Shown here piece after piece: positions 1-15,385 of a DNA stretch of 64,000 bases. The stretch comes from Octopus vulgaris (lineage: Eukaryota). The stretch lies in assembly GCA_951406725.2 (NCBI GenBank), contig OX597825.1, positions 51,770,001 through 51,834,000 of the forward strand, given 5' to 3'. Position 1 is the stretch's first letter, and every line of letters starts with the position of its first letter. The notes under the pieces are model-generated. The model worked only from the letters and a program-made list of their open reading frames with translations. It searched no databases and was not told the DNA's origin. The position numbers and the translations under genes were made by a program.

Positions 1-198
1 CAGCTTCCTTAAATACTGAGAGCAAATTTTTGTTTTGCTCGTGTTTTGTGGCTATTTATATTAGTTTTCCTTGCTTCTGAAATAGGTATTTTTGCAGTCC
101 TATGGTAGTTGATTTATAATAGTTTTCCAGCTGTATAAGGCCTCTACCACCTCCTATACGTTGTATATATAGCCTTTCTATGTCAGATTTTGGGTGGT

Positions 199-232
<34 letters not shown>

Positions 233-255
233 CATTATTATTATTATTATTATTT

Positions 256-342
256 TTCAGGTCACTGCCTGGAATCGAACTCGGAATCAAGGGTTAGTAC
301 CCCGCTCTCTTGACCTGAATGATAATAGTAATAATAATAATG

Positions 343-408
<66 letters not shown>

Positions 409-575
409 CACATATAACATACAGAAAATTGCACTACTAGGCACTGCACACATCCTACGCAGAACACTTTCCATACAATAACCATCAGAGCATCACAACA
501 AATCACAGCACATACCCAAGGCACACAGAGCTGCGCTCGGTAGTGAAGTGAAAGCACGCTATAAAAATAAAACTA

Positions 576-645
<70 letters not shown>

Positions 646-646
646 A

Positions 647-733
<87 letters not shown>

Positions 734-922
734 TAATAATAGCATCGAAAACTAACTTCGGAATGAGAACCCAGGTTCGAAATTTCCCAAGACACCTGAC
801 AAAGTCTGGAGGGTATATCAGCCAAAACGTGTTAACAACAAACAAGATGAGGACAAATATCCGTCAAATGTCAACAATGTAAAAACTGTACATAATTCCT
901 CATCTCTTCAATATAGAACTGT
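256..922 (+). mobile_element. tRNA-head/(AAT)n/hammerhead-arm element, partial copy (centre plus right arm) with a LINE 3' end inserted in its (AAT)n
   Basis: Reverse tRNA-like B-box (ggaatcgaactc, 271-282) bounded by ttcaggtca/tgacctgaa. Arm 741-922 is homologous to 52790-52975 and carries a degenerate hammerhead (gacac CTGACAA agtctg..cagcc AAAA cgt gtt, 791-833). Confidence 0.7.
405..580 (+). mobile_element. 5'-truncated R4/Dong-like LINE 3' end
   Basis: Encodes NIQKIALLGTAHILRRTLSIQ* plus 3' UTR. Near-identical to 12813-12987 and flanked on both sides by (AAT)n. Confidence 0.9.
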
Positions 923-1895
923 GTTAGGATTTGTTTCGATACAAATTTGGCTCCCATGTATAGTACAAGGTTCAAGGACTGCTGAGAGGCTTCTTTGATT
1001 ACTGGTAATTACGATTTCGTTATCAGTTCCATTGTGAAGGTTGTCTTTGAACGTTATGGAGGGAGGTGATTCGGAAGGATGTTTACTGTGGATACTTCTG
1101 ATAACCAAAATAATTTCCTAAAGACGTTACAATTCTCAAAACTTCACTACAAACAAAAGGAGAGAAAATATATATCCGATACAGTTCTCTATGATCTCTG
1201 CCACAACAAAATAGGAGCCGTCAGGGATTCCAAAAATGGTAAATATAGATTGTCTGTTAATTTATGCAGGAAAACTTTTTTCAGTATTTAGTTTAATTGT
1301 ATTCTATGTCTATAGAGTCTTAAAATAATAGTTCTTGATTTCTAAAGATGCAAAATTATGTAAATTTCAGCACTTTGCGAATTTTACATTTTGGTGTAGA
1401 ATTACAGCTAATAAGACCCCGTGATACATGAAAAAATGATTCTAAAATTGTTCTTATATTGCTCATTTTAAAAGTATTTTGTGTGGCAAATCTTTTGTCT
1501 GCTCTCGGTTTCTTTGAATGTTTAATTTTGACGAAGAATGTTAACGAGAAAGCTAATTTACATCAATTAGAAAGCTGCTTGCTTTATTGAATAGGAAAAA
1601 GATAATGATAATTGAGTACTGTTAAGTCAACTGGTGGTTTAGAAATAAACAAAGATAAAGAATAATTACAAGTAATAATAATATATAAAATCTCTGACGA
1701 CAATTTCACTTAAATTACATTGTTTTATCTGAAGTCTATCTTGTAGAAGCTCTCTTCTGAAAGTGTTTTACTTTAAAACTGAATCATCTCACAATTTATT
1801 TTAGGAAATATGTGGAAATATGTATATCTATTACTGGATATTGCAAAACATTTAAAGTAAATTTATTTCAGTTATAATATAATATTGAGTGTATA

Positions 1896-1964
<69 letters not shown>

Positions 1965-2045
1965 TTCTCATTGTATATATGCGTATATATTTATAGTTTA
2001 GTATTGTGTTTAACAACGCTGGTAATAATATACACAGGCTCTAGT

Positions 2046-2255
2046 TCAAAATCACTTCTTTATTGTTAGTCAATCAGTTGAGCATATATCCAAATAACGT
2101 TTGTTTAATGTCTTGACAAAAGAATAGATCGGTTGTTTGTGAAATTTCTTTCGTCATTATTCACGACCTCATCAATGATATATCCTCTTTCTTCATCTAT
2201 AAGTGAATTGGCTAGATATTTAACTGATTGACTAACAATTAAAAAGTTGTTATTG
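2046..2255. mobile_element. MITE-like element with about 45-bp imperfect terminal inverted repeats
   Basis: ttgttagtcaatcagtt near 2063 and its reverse complement aactgattgactaacaa near 2222, with similarity extending on both sides. Confidence 0.5.
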
Positions 2256-2374
2256 GACCAGTGCGTGTGTCAATTATTATTCGCGTAATGACCCTTCAAA
2301 AAACACAAGATTTGTCTCAACACACGAATTCACATCATGAAACTTGCTAACCAAATAGAAAAGCTAAATATGTA

Positions 2375-2643
2375 TCTTTTATCATTCCTCTTCTACCTGC
2401 TTCAGTCATTTGACTGCGGCTATGCTGGAGTACCGTCTTGACGAATTTTAGCCGAATAAATTGGCACCGGTTCTTAATTTTTTTAATCTGGCATTTAACT
2501 ATTCTATCAGAAATCTTGTCGAACTGCTAGTTGTAAATACGTGAATAAACCATCACCTGTTTAAAGCGGCAGACATACACACATGCACACACACATAAAT
2601 AAATGAATATATGTACACACACACATGCAGATATATGTATGTA

Positions 2644-2728
<85 letters not shown>

Positions 2729-2955
2729 GTGTGTGTGTGTACGTATACGTATATGTATGTATATATCTTATATATATATACATATATATATATACACCAA
2801 CGACAAGCTTCTTTCAGTTTCCGTTTAGAAATCCACTCCAGAGTTTTTAGTCGACCCGATGTTATAGTAGAAGACACTTGCTGAAGGTGTAATACAATTG
2901 GACTGAACTCGGAATCATGTTGTAGAGAAGCAAGCATTTTACCACATAGCCCCAC
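2375..2955 (-). mobile_element. tRNA-derived SINE (family 1: head, internal (TA)/(TG) microsatellite, tail)
   Basis: Head at 2800-2955 matches 26535-26670. Tail at 2375-2530 (ttcagtcatttgactgcggc) recurs about 10 times in the window. Confidence 0.8.
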
Positions 2956-2959
2956 CAGC

Positions 2960-3002
<43 letters not shown>

Positions 3003-3063
3003 TAGAGAGAGAGGGGGGGAGATATAAAGAAATTGATAAATAGAAAAGTAAATAGATAGACAG

Positions 3064-3211
<148 letters not shown>

Positions 3212-4217
3212 GTAATGACACTAAAGCATCGAATGTCACATGAATTTAATATGCTTGATCAAGTAGAAAATGTAGTATTACCGTGTGATAGTGTGTGTTT
3301 GTTTGGGCGGGGTGTGTGTGTACGTGCGTTTGCGTGAGTGCACGAGTGTGTAAAATTGTAAGATTTTACGATTAGTGGATCGGGAATTCTTTGGTCTGGC
3401 TCAGTAAAAGCAATGGTTGCGCCTATATCTTAGGTCCTGCAAGTCAGGTGGTATTGATGATATTATTATAATATTGCTCACTGTTACGTAATCAGATCCT
3501 TGCATATATATGCAATCAAGGAATATTTCTGCAGATGTGTTCAATCATAAGATATATCCACCATATCATTAACTATAGATTACAAGTGCTCATAGGCATC
3601 TAATCAATGAATATCAATACATCGAAGTGTTTAATCAAGAAACATCAATATATTTATGTGCGTAATCAGGAATTGTCATTGTCTTAGTATTTTTAATCAA
3701 GGACCAACATTTCGAATGAATTTGTTTTCAATAATTTTATTGAAAGATTTCATGTTTGAAATTCTAAATACATAAAATTTTTGATGAGTCTTCAAACAAA
3801 ATCCGAATACAAACTAGAATCAATATTCATTAAAAACAGAGATTATTTCAATAGGAAAAGAACAAAAAGTTGTTACGTTTACTATTTTAAAATGTATTAA
3901 ATGTTTCGATTACATTTCATTAAGTCTTTTAAAATTTATTTTATAGTTTTAGGAATATGTTGTATAAATATGGCGTTGCGGCCACGGCTCCTGGCTGAAA
4001 CCAGTAAAACTAAACATTTGTTAAAGATGTCGTGACCTTTTATATATTTCTTAACACACCTTTTGGTATCCATTGTATTCTTTAATACAATTACTGTATC
4101 TTTTAATTTCATATTTATCAAATTCAGATGTCTTTTTGATGTGTTGTTATATTATGCAAGTTAGTGGTGTGGTAAGCAGATCAATTATATTTTATGAAAG
4201 AAAGAAGCATAACTTAC

Positions 4218-4389
4218 CATTTCTGGTCAGAGATAAATGCAAATTGATATAATTTCTTGCTAGGAAAAACTGGATGGCAACTATCTAATATCCACATTTT
4301 ACAGAGCGAAGAGAAAATAATAGTTAACGATGATCTCTGACTTTGACCAATATCAATCATATGACAAAATATTACCGCAATTTCTTTAC
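4218..4389 (-). other. Candidate internal coding exon of an unidentified gene
   Basis: Acceptor tttatatAG and donor GTAAGT flank a stop-free 172 nt: KEIAVIFCHMIDIGQSQRSSLTIIFSSLCKMWILDSCHPVFPSKKLYQFAFISDQK. No recognisable homology. Confidence 0.3.
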
Positions 4390-7300
4390 CTATATAAATT
4401 CTTTGCAGAAAGAATTAATCACCCTTTAATTGGTCTACTGCATTTCATCCCACATCTTAATGTACTTCGTGGAAAGGTGGGGTGGTTGATCTTCAGATTA
4501 TCAACTTAAGAGCTTGGATAGTTCGTATTCAGAACAATTTCCGTAATCGAGTAGTTTAACACTTGCTTCACCACTCTGTCACGCAGCAAAAAGATACTAA
4601 AAGAGCAGCTACAGAACAACCTTAGTTTAGCTCGTTGATATATGCTGCAAATATTAGATTGTAGTTCTGAGTTCAATTCGAAATATAAACAAATAGAATA
4701 TAATACGGTCCTCAACCAAAATCCTTCTTTTATTGGATCGGCAAGAGTATGTAATAATTGAACAGCAACTTTTTCTTATTTCTATCTTCACACGAACACT
4801 GTAAAAATGATTTTTTTTTTTTAATTAGCTATCAGATACAAATCTCTTTGTCGAATCAGTTCGTCTCTTCAGTTGTCATAGTTTTTAAGGGTTAACCCAC
4901 GGAAAGCAAATTCATTGTATCTTCAATTATCAAAATCTTTTAAAGAGGAAACTATGTCGTACACATTTCTGCCTACGTTTAGTTGTCAATCTAGCAATGG
5001 CTATCCTAAGTGGTACAAATCCCTTTGTCTCTTCAGCTGCCACAGGCTTTCAAGGAGGAAACTATCTTGTATAAATTTCTTCGGTCATCAGTCTTTTAAG
5101 GGGTTGGATTTAACTCCAGGATTTCATTACGTTAAGTAGTTTTGAAATAAATCTCCTCTTGAACTGAAAACAAGTCTTCTGGTGGTTCCAAATGGTCGTG
5201 TACTGCATCTAGAAAGTTAAGTGAGATGAGGCAATATAGAATTAAGTGTTCTGTTCTAAAACACAGCAAAAACTTGGCTCAAGAATCTGCTATCACATAA
5301 TAGGAATACAATAATTAGAACAGAAATAGCAACTTTACTACATCATACACAAAATGAAAATAGATATGTTTCCCAGATTCTGACTAAATTGAAATTTTGA
5401 AGTATTAACATCGTATATCAAAATATGATTCATATCAATGATATATATATTTAAATTTTACTTTTACTTATCAGCGAGTATTTCAAAGAAACATCTACCA
5501 AAGTGGAAAGCAATACCACACGTCTAAAAACAAGTACTTTTGTGTTTCCTCTGATATGACAGAAGATATATGAGGCATTGTTAGCAATGTAGAAGTAATG
5601 GCCAGCACATAATGTTAATAGTCGTGCTAGGTTGCACATCCAACTTATTCAATGACTGAAAAAAAAATATAATCAAATGATGTGTTGGATTCTTGTAAAA
5701 GCTGATATATGAGATACACCAAGTGGAGTCAAGTAAAAATATAAAATTGTTTCTTTAAAAAACACTGATCTAAAAATAAATGAAAAGAGCAATCACTATA
5801 TCGCTATAGATGTTTACTTGGAAATAATCCAACACAGAATATTGGAGTCATGGGATGAAAACTTTTTCCATACAAAATAGAATGATCGGGAATTCTTGAT
5901 GCCAAAAAATGGCAGAAATGTGATAAGCAGGTTTAAAAACCACCTGCTTCCTTTTCACATACTTTGTATGAGATTATTATTCACTTTACAAATACAACTA
6001 ACTAAATTATAATTCGATGTTATTGGTTTAGTGAGCGCCATAGCTACGACGCATGATCAAAGAAGCGATCTGTGTAAATGAGCGATTCAGGTTCAATATT
6101 TGATTGTATCTATTTGACTTGCTCCAGGCCTGCAAATGTGAAATATATGAGAGCTATAGGTACTACTAGTTAGCCTCCTGATACATCAACAATACCTGAC
6201 CAATAGCTGATTGACTACAGTAAATATTGACAAGCGATTGAAGTGCACTCCGCCACACGGGAGTTGGAAATATATTTATCTTCATATTGGTTTACAATAA
6301 TTTTTTCGGAAATAATTCTAAAAAATAATTGAAATAGTTATAAAATATCATTGGTAATTACACTGCAATAATTCCCCTGCTATATCACAAGTAACTGAAT
6401 TATTTTATCTCTACTTGGTCCTCTCCATGTGTATATTTTGCTATCAATGTGATACTGGCTATTAGCTCCCTACTTCAAGCAATAAATGTTTCTTAAGCAC
6501 CGAAATATCAGAGTAGTTCGTACGTTTGACATGATACCCACCGGTATTTATTCAAGTTCTTTGTGCTCTGAACTTAAGGCTAGTTGTCTTCGTTTGTCGG
6601 CCAAGTGCCTTCAAAAAGATGCATTATGTTACAAACATGGGATCCTGATCTTTCAGATTGGTGATAATTGCATCTTATCTGTCCTAGTGTTGAAGACATC
6701 GAAAAACTATAGCCATAGATGCAGCTATTTCTCCCTGGAGTAAGCAATATAGAAAAGAACAAAACATCGTTTGTGTTGCATTGTTAGCACGATCAGAAAC
6801 TATGTTAGCGTCATCAACAGTAATGATGATCAAGCCTAGGTCATTCACTAAAAGGAATTCTCCATCTGACATTTTATGCAAGTTCTTTATGTTTTGACCG
6901 AGATATTTCTGACCATTCGTCACGATATAACCACTTTGCCATCTCTTCCGTTCCATTTGCATGTACAAAATCATTAACATTGGTCATTTCCATTCGTAAC
7001 ATTTCCTATCTCTTTAGTTTTAACGGCTCATTGGATGAGACTTTAAAACACATTTTTGCCTTTTATTTCTACTCCATTAAAGGTTGGGAGCACTCATATA
7101 TACCAGACCCAAGATAGAGATTATTTATAGGCACTAATGGTCTGGATTTCCCGCTAAATAAGTTAACTACAGGAGATTAAAATTCTCGGCCTTAAGTCTA
7201 TTCCTAGAGCCTAAAAGGAATGGTATGGATCATCAGATTTCTCTAGTAATAGTTCAACATTTCTCTCTGGAATTCCGAAAGATTCTGGATATTTGGCGCT

Positions 7301-7514
7301 GGACGATTTGCGGTCAAACTGCCAAGTTTCAGATAATTCTTTGAATAACCGGCTGCTAAATATGTGCTTAGCTATCACTCGTGTATAAATATGACCTGGT
7401 AGCTTATACCACACTTTCGCTAATTGATTTAAAATTCTGTATAGTCGTAAGAAGAAAGACATTATATCAATTTTATCAGCCGAATCTGAATATATACATC
7501 TCTCTCTCTCTCTC

Positions 7515-7578
<64 letters not shown>

Positions 7579-7605
7579 AATATATATATATATATTATAT
7601 ATATA

Positions 7606-7662
<57 letters not shown>

Positions 7663-9334
7663 CACACATGTGCATACCTATGTATTTGTCCATGATTTTA
7701 TTTTTATTTTGTGTGCAAGTGTATAGACGAGTACACATACACGTATATACATTATGTATGTATGTATGTATGTATGTATGTGTGCAAGTATGTGTGAATG
7801 TGTATCAGCGATATCCTGATATTTAAAACATAAATATATGAAAATGTGTATTTAATTGCCATTACTTAAAACGATAATTTCATCTGCAATGAACAGTGGA
7901 TGTCTTTTCGTTTTGGAACTTTTCCGAAATATTCCCAGAACTTACATACCAAATAATTGCTTTAATAGCAAATATAGAATTAGATATAGCAGAACATAGT
8001 TTTCTGAAGCTACATTTTCTCGAAAATTCTATTATTTTGCTATATACATCACCATAATAATCCCACCAGTGATTCTAATATGAGATAAAGTATAGTAACA
8101 TTTTAGTAATATCTGATTTATGTTAGGTATAATGTTGCTTTGTGATGTCAAAACCTTAAAAGAAGAGAGTGTTATCAAATTAGAATATTTACAGATACAT
8201 TGTTCTTGTTTCTCTTTCTTTTTCTTTTGTTTGGTTTTTATTTTCTTTGGCAATGAAGAGTATGTTATATAATTTTAAATTTATAATACTCAACAAAGAA
8301 TGGTGCAGTAAATGTGCTTTCCTTCATGGAAAATATAAAATAATATAATATTTTTCACGTATGTACAAGACCAAAGAATTTATATGAAAGTATCATTGAT
8401 TGTGTAGACCTCAGTATTTTATTGGTACTCCTTTCTCGAGCTTCGCTTAAAGTATAAAAGAAAAAAATAATATATTTGAAGGAAATATCAAATTTCTACT
8501 GGGATATTAACGACATAAAGCAACTCTGAAAGACTTATGAACATAAAGATAATTCAAGCATATTGAGGGGGCAGTGTGTAACAAAACATTTAATGTAAAA
8601 CAAAGCATAATGAATCAGATAGGAAAGAAGAAAACTATATAACAAGTTCACAGATTTGGCCCAAACTAACTGATAAGAAAATCAGTATTACACCAACAAC
8701 TATAAGCAAATGAAAGGTGCAAGAATTTGCGAAGTTCTCAATTTCTACCTGAAGTATCCGGGCAATACTTAACTTAATAGCAATCACTGAACTAGAAAAC
8801 AAACCGAAGTGAAGATCTAAGTGAAAGCTAGAGAGAAACTCCACATTCACTCCTAAAGCAAAAATACGAGTTCCTTACCTCTCGAGGCAATTGCTCACTT
8901 CGTGAACAATAATATATTATCAAAGAAACAGAAAAAATATCGGGAAAATATGAAACTTTTTAACGAACTGCTGCTGGTGAATTGAGTTTTTATAGAAGAT
9001 AACTAGAGAAGCAACATCAATATTAATAGGGCTTGGATCGAATACTAAAATCATTTACTCTATACAAAGAAATCAGCGCCAATACTTGCGACAAACGTCA
9101 GAATGGAAAATAACAGAATTGTTGTAAACAAAGTGAAGTTAATCAAAGCCATTTTACATCACAAGGAAGAGGACTCTTTATTTATTCCACTGCCTATTAC
9201 AACTAGATCTTATTTTATTAACAAATTTGTTGGATGCAACTACCTTTGGTTGAAGTTCCTACTGTTATATTATAAACCATGACTTGAAATATATTTACGA
9301 TGGATGCAGCCCTTAAAGTTGTTCATAGAGTTCA

Positions 9335-9482
9335 GTGCTCAAGTGGTACCTATTTAATCGACCCCGAAATTATTAAAGGCAAGGTTGAATTCGGTAGAAT
9401 TTGAACTCAGAACATAAAGCCGGAAAAATACTGTGAAGCATTTTGTCCGGCATGTTAACGATTCTACCAAATCGCCTCCATA
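9335..9482 (-). mobile_element. tRNA-derived SINE family 2 (ggcggcgagctggcagaa head), diverged copy
   Basis: Reverse complement aligns to 18340-18540. Confidence 0.7.
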
Positions 9483-9878
9483 CAAGCAAAAGAAATAATA
9501 AAATACAAAACAAGGAGAAAACTGCAGAAAAGGGTGCTGTAGAAGAATTGGAATAATAATTAAAAGGAAATCCAATCCAAGGAGATAATATGCATCAACA
9601 ATTTTGTCATACCAGTTAAAAACTACAGCCTCAGTAAGATAGAGTGTAGATGAATTAAAGAAGTTGTACAGACAATGATCTACATTATCTATATAATGAA
9701 AAATTAAACTTGGCCTAGATGTAACAAGTGAATTATTGAAGCGAAACAACACTGATGTAGTAACATGACGTTGAAATATTTAATGTCAATGATATAGATA
9801 ACTCAAAATCACGATGCTAAACCTAGTAGTGCAATAGATACTTGCAGGAAACTGCCGTGAAAATTACGTTTTTGTTTC

Positions 9879-9958
<80 letters not shown>

Positions 9959-9960
<2 letters not shown>

Positions 9961-10465
9961 GAAAGTCAACCACTTGCTATTCATGGATGACCTCAGACTT
10001 TATGGTAAAGATGAATCCCATATCATTTCCCTCGTTGATATGGTGTATACCTTCAGTGCTGATACCAGAATGGAGTTCGGACTGAAAAAGTGCGACGTGT
10101 TAGTCTTGACGAAAGGCAAAATCAAATGTATGGACGGGCTGGCAATAACATCGGGGAAGGTTATGAAGCAAGTAGAAGAGACGGGCGATAAGTACTTGGG
10201 GATATTGGAAATGGATAAATTGATAGCAAAAGAAATGACAGAAAAGTTTAGGGTGGAGTTCATGCGCAGACTGAGACTGATGCTTAAGTTGAAATTAAAC
10301 GGACGGAATAAGATTGAAGCTATCAACACCTGGGTAGCTTCACTCCTTAGATAAGGAGCAGAGTTAATCGCATAGACAATAGACGGACTAAACAATTTAG
10401 ACAGAAAAACAAGGAAGTTGCTGACTAGAAATGGGATAGTCCACCCCAAAAGTGACACAGACAGA
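9959..10465 (+). mobile_element. R4/Dong-like LINE RT fragment
   Basis: KVNHLLFMDDLRLYGKDES..MEFGLKKC..KYLG..KLNGRNKIEAINTW..LDRKTRKLL; starts directly after an (AAT)n tract. Confidence 0.9.
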
Positions 10466-10665
10466 CTAAATGCTTAGCGGTATTTCGCCCGTCTTTATGT
10501 TCTGAGTTCAAATTCCGCCGAGGTCGACTTTGCCATTCATCCTTTCGGGGTCGATAAATTAAGTACCAGCTATGCACTAGGGTCGATTAAATCAACTTAA
10601 TCCCTTTGTCTGCCCTTGTTTGTCCCCTCTATGTTTAGCCTCCTGTGGGCAATAAATAAACAAAT
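10466..10665 (+). mobile_element. SINE family 2 body with a distinct 3' tail
   Basis: ctgagttcaaattccgccgaggtcgactttgcc body, tail tttgtcccctctatgtttagcctcctgtgggcaataaa, followed by (AAT)n. Confidence 0.75.
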
Positions 10666-10670
10666 AAATA

Positions 10671-10737
<67 letters not shown>

Positions 10738-10773
10738 TTAATAATAATAATAATAATAATAATGATAATAATA

Positions 10774-13087
<2,314 letters not shown>

Positions 13088-13420
13088 CCTTTCTACTATA
13101 GGCACAATAGCTGAAATTTGGGGAGAGGGCTTGTCGATTACATCGACACTAGTTCTCATATAGTACTTACTTTATCGAACCCGGAAGGATAAAAGGCCAA
13201 TTCGACTTCGGCCGAATCTGAATTTACACCATAAACAGCTGAAAGAAATACAGCTTAGCCATTTGTCTGACGCGCAAACGATTTTGGCAGTCCAACGCCT
13301 TAGGTTTCAAATTTTAGCACAAAGGCAGAGATTTTGCGTGGAGATTGTTATTCGAATATATTGACCCCATTACATGACAAATATTCTATTTATCTACCCT
13401 GAAAGGTTGAAAAGCAACGT
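13088..13420 (-). mobile_element. Two adjacent SINE family 2 remnants
   Basis: Reverse complements of the family 2 body and tail (ttatcgaacccggaaggataaaaggc; ggtttcaaattttagcacaaagg). Confidence 0.6.
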
Positions 13421-13439
13421 TGATATCGAGAGCGTTTGA

Positions 13440-15385
13440 TTTCGGAAAGTCAAATGTCTGGAGAACTACCGTCTTCAAATTCTTACAGAGTAACATGGCC
13501 AAGGGGAATACACGTCTCCTTCTAAACCATAGTAATGGGATGAGACAATCTACCAACATCAACATCAAACGAGGCATTTTTCAAGGTGACTCCCTCTCCC
13601 CATTACTCTTCTGCATGGCACTGATCCCACTCTCAAACGAACTTAGTAATACCAAGTATGTTTTAAAAATGTATAATATTATAATAAATCAGCTGTTTTA
13701 TATGGACGATCTGAAGCTGTTTGCTAGAAATGACGAAGAGCTAGTAGGGCTGTTAACAATTGTTAAAGAGTTAAGCGACATCAGGATGGATTTTAGTCTT
13801 AATAAGTATGTTAGGGCAACTTTTGTGAAAGGAAAGGTCAAGCAAACAACTTCCATTAAATTAGATACTTACACTACCATCAAGGCGTTTGACCCATATG
13901 AAATATATAAATACCTGGCGATAAACGAAAGAGACAATATACAACACGCTACCTTGAAGGAAAAAGTACGAAAGAAGTATTACAGAAGAATACGACTCAT
14001 ACTAAAAACTGAATTTAACTCTGAAAATTGTATCGAAGCCATTAACGCTCTGGTACTTCTAGTAGTCCCATACGGTTTTAACATCATTAACTGGAATCTT
14101 ACTGAACTCCAACGCCTGGACAGGAAGACAAGAAAACTACTAACATGTAAGAAGATGCACCACCTAAAAGCAGACATCAATCGTTTTAACCTACATAGAA
14201 GTATGATGCAGGTAGAACTGCGCTATAAAACCTCCAGAATAGCAATGAACAAGTACTTATCTAGAACAAAAGACTGGATGCTGTGGATTGTGTGCTAACA
14301 CGAAAGCAGCAACAAATTACATTAACCCTGAATTAGATGAAGAACCTGAAACCACTGCCACGAAGAAAGTAAAACGGATCAAGCAGACTACAAAAAAAGA
14401 ACGGGCGGAAACAAATTGAGGAGCGGTGGAGCAAAATAGCCTCGGCATGGACAGAATATATTCCGAGACCGAAATGCTGATATAGACCAAATAAACCCAT
14501 CAGTGGCCGAGAGGTTCAGAAGTGAAAGCAGAGACTGAATATTTCATATTGGCGGTACAAGATCAAAGTTTGCTTACCAAAAACTACCAGGCTAACGTTC
14601 TTCAAAACGGTTCTGACCCTAAATGCAGATTCTGCGATAGATTTGATGAAACAAAAGACCATCGCGTTTCGGGATGTCCTGTGCTGACAACAAGCGAGTA
14701 GAAAAATCGTCACGATAGGGTAGGTCAGTATTTACATTGGAAAATACATAAACACTACAAAATCAGCTTTCCTGCTTACTGGTATGAACATCATCCTGAA
14801 CCAGCCGCTGAATGTAAAAATAGCACTATCCTCTGGGATTTTCCAGTTAACACCGACAGAACGATCCAGGCTAATCGACGAGACATAATTATTAAAGGCA
14901 GAGAAGAAAATACTTGTAGATTAATAGATGTAAGTTTTCCCACTGATAAAAATATACCTGTAAAGGAATTTGACAAACTAAGTAAATACAAGGACCTGGA
15001 AATAGAAATACTAAAGATGTGGCATCTTAAAGCGAGAACTCTTCCTGTTATTTTGGGTGCCCTTGGTATGATAAGAAAGGTATGTGAGAAACATCTAGAT
15101 AATGCCCCAGGAGGACCATGTCTCAGAGAATCCAAAAGATTGTGCTGACGAGTACTGTCCAGATCCTTAGAAAAACACTATCAGTTTAAATGTTTGTGTT
15201 GTATTATATGGAGATATTTCGCTACTGACCTTGCCACTTTCCCTCCCCAAGCTTTCATTGATACTGTAATATAAATTATCCTTCACTCTCCCTAGGACGC
15301 TGAGTGTGTCTCGGCGAGGGATTGTAACAAACATGTAGATTAAAAGAAAGTACTAATAATAAATCTGATGATGATGATGATGATG
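13440..15385 (+). mobile_element. Second R4/Dong-like LINE subfamily, 5'-truncated and decayed
   Basis: RGIFQGDSLSPLLFC, LFYMDDLKLF, LDRKTRKLL, CRFCDRFDETKDH finger and REL region; 3' UTR ends in a (GAT)n tail. Confidence 0.92.

Noticed and set aside
180-845. Poly-Ile/Tyr/Leu/Asn and IY/CV/TH/ER-repeat ORFs here and throughout the ORF track
   Set aside because: They are translations of (AAT)n, (TA)n, (GT)n, (GATA)n, (GA)n and (AAG)n microsatellites, not genes.
4860-5110. Recurrent in-frame TGA-AGA suggesting selenocysteine read-through
   Set aside because: The TGA belongs to the repeated ctgaagag unit and other frames read equally well; no SECIS was seen.
3378-5897. 14-bp match gatcgggaattctt at 3378 and 5884
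   Set aside because: No extension on either side; not evidence of LTRs.
8630-9010. Minus-strand TATAAAA, GTAAGG donor and a signal-peptide-like stretch LLIVVGVILIFLSVSLG
   Set aside because: The implied intron is only 26 nt and no suitable start codon fits; likely chance in AT-rich DNA.
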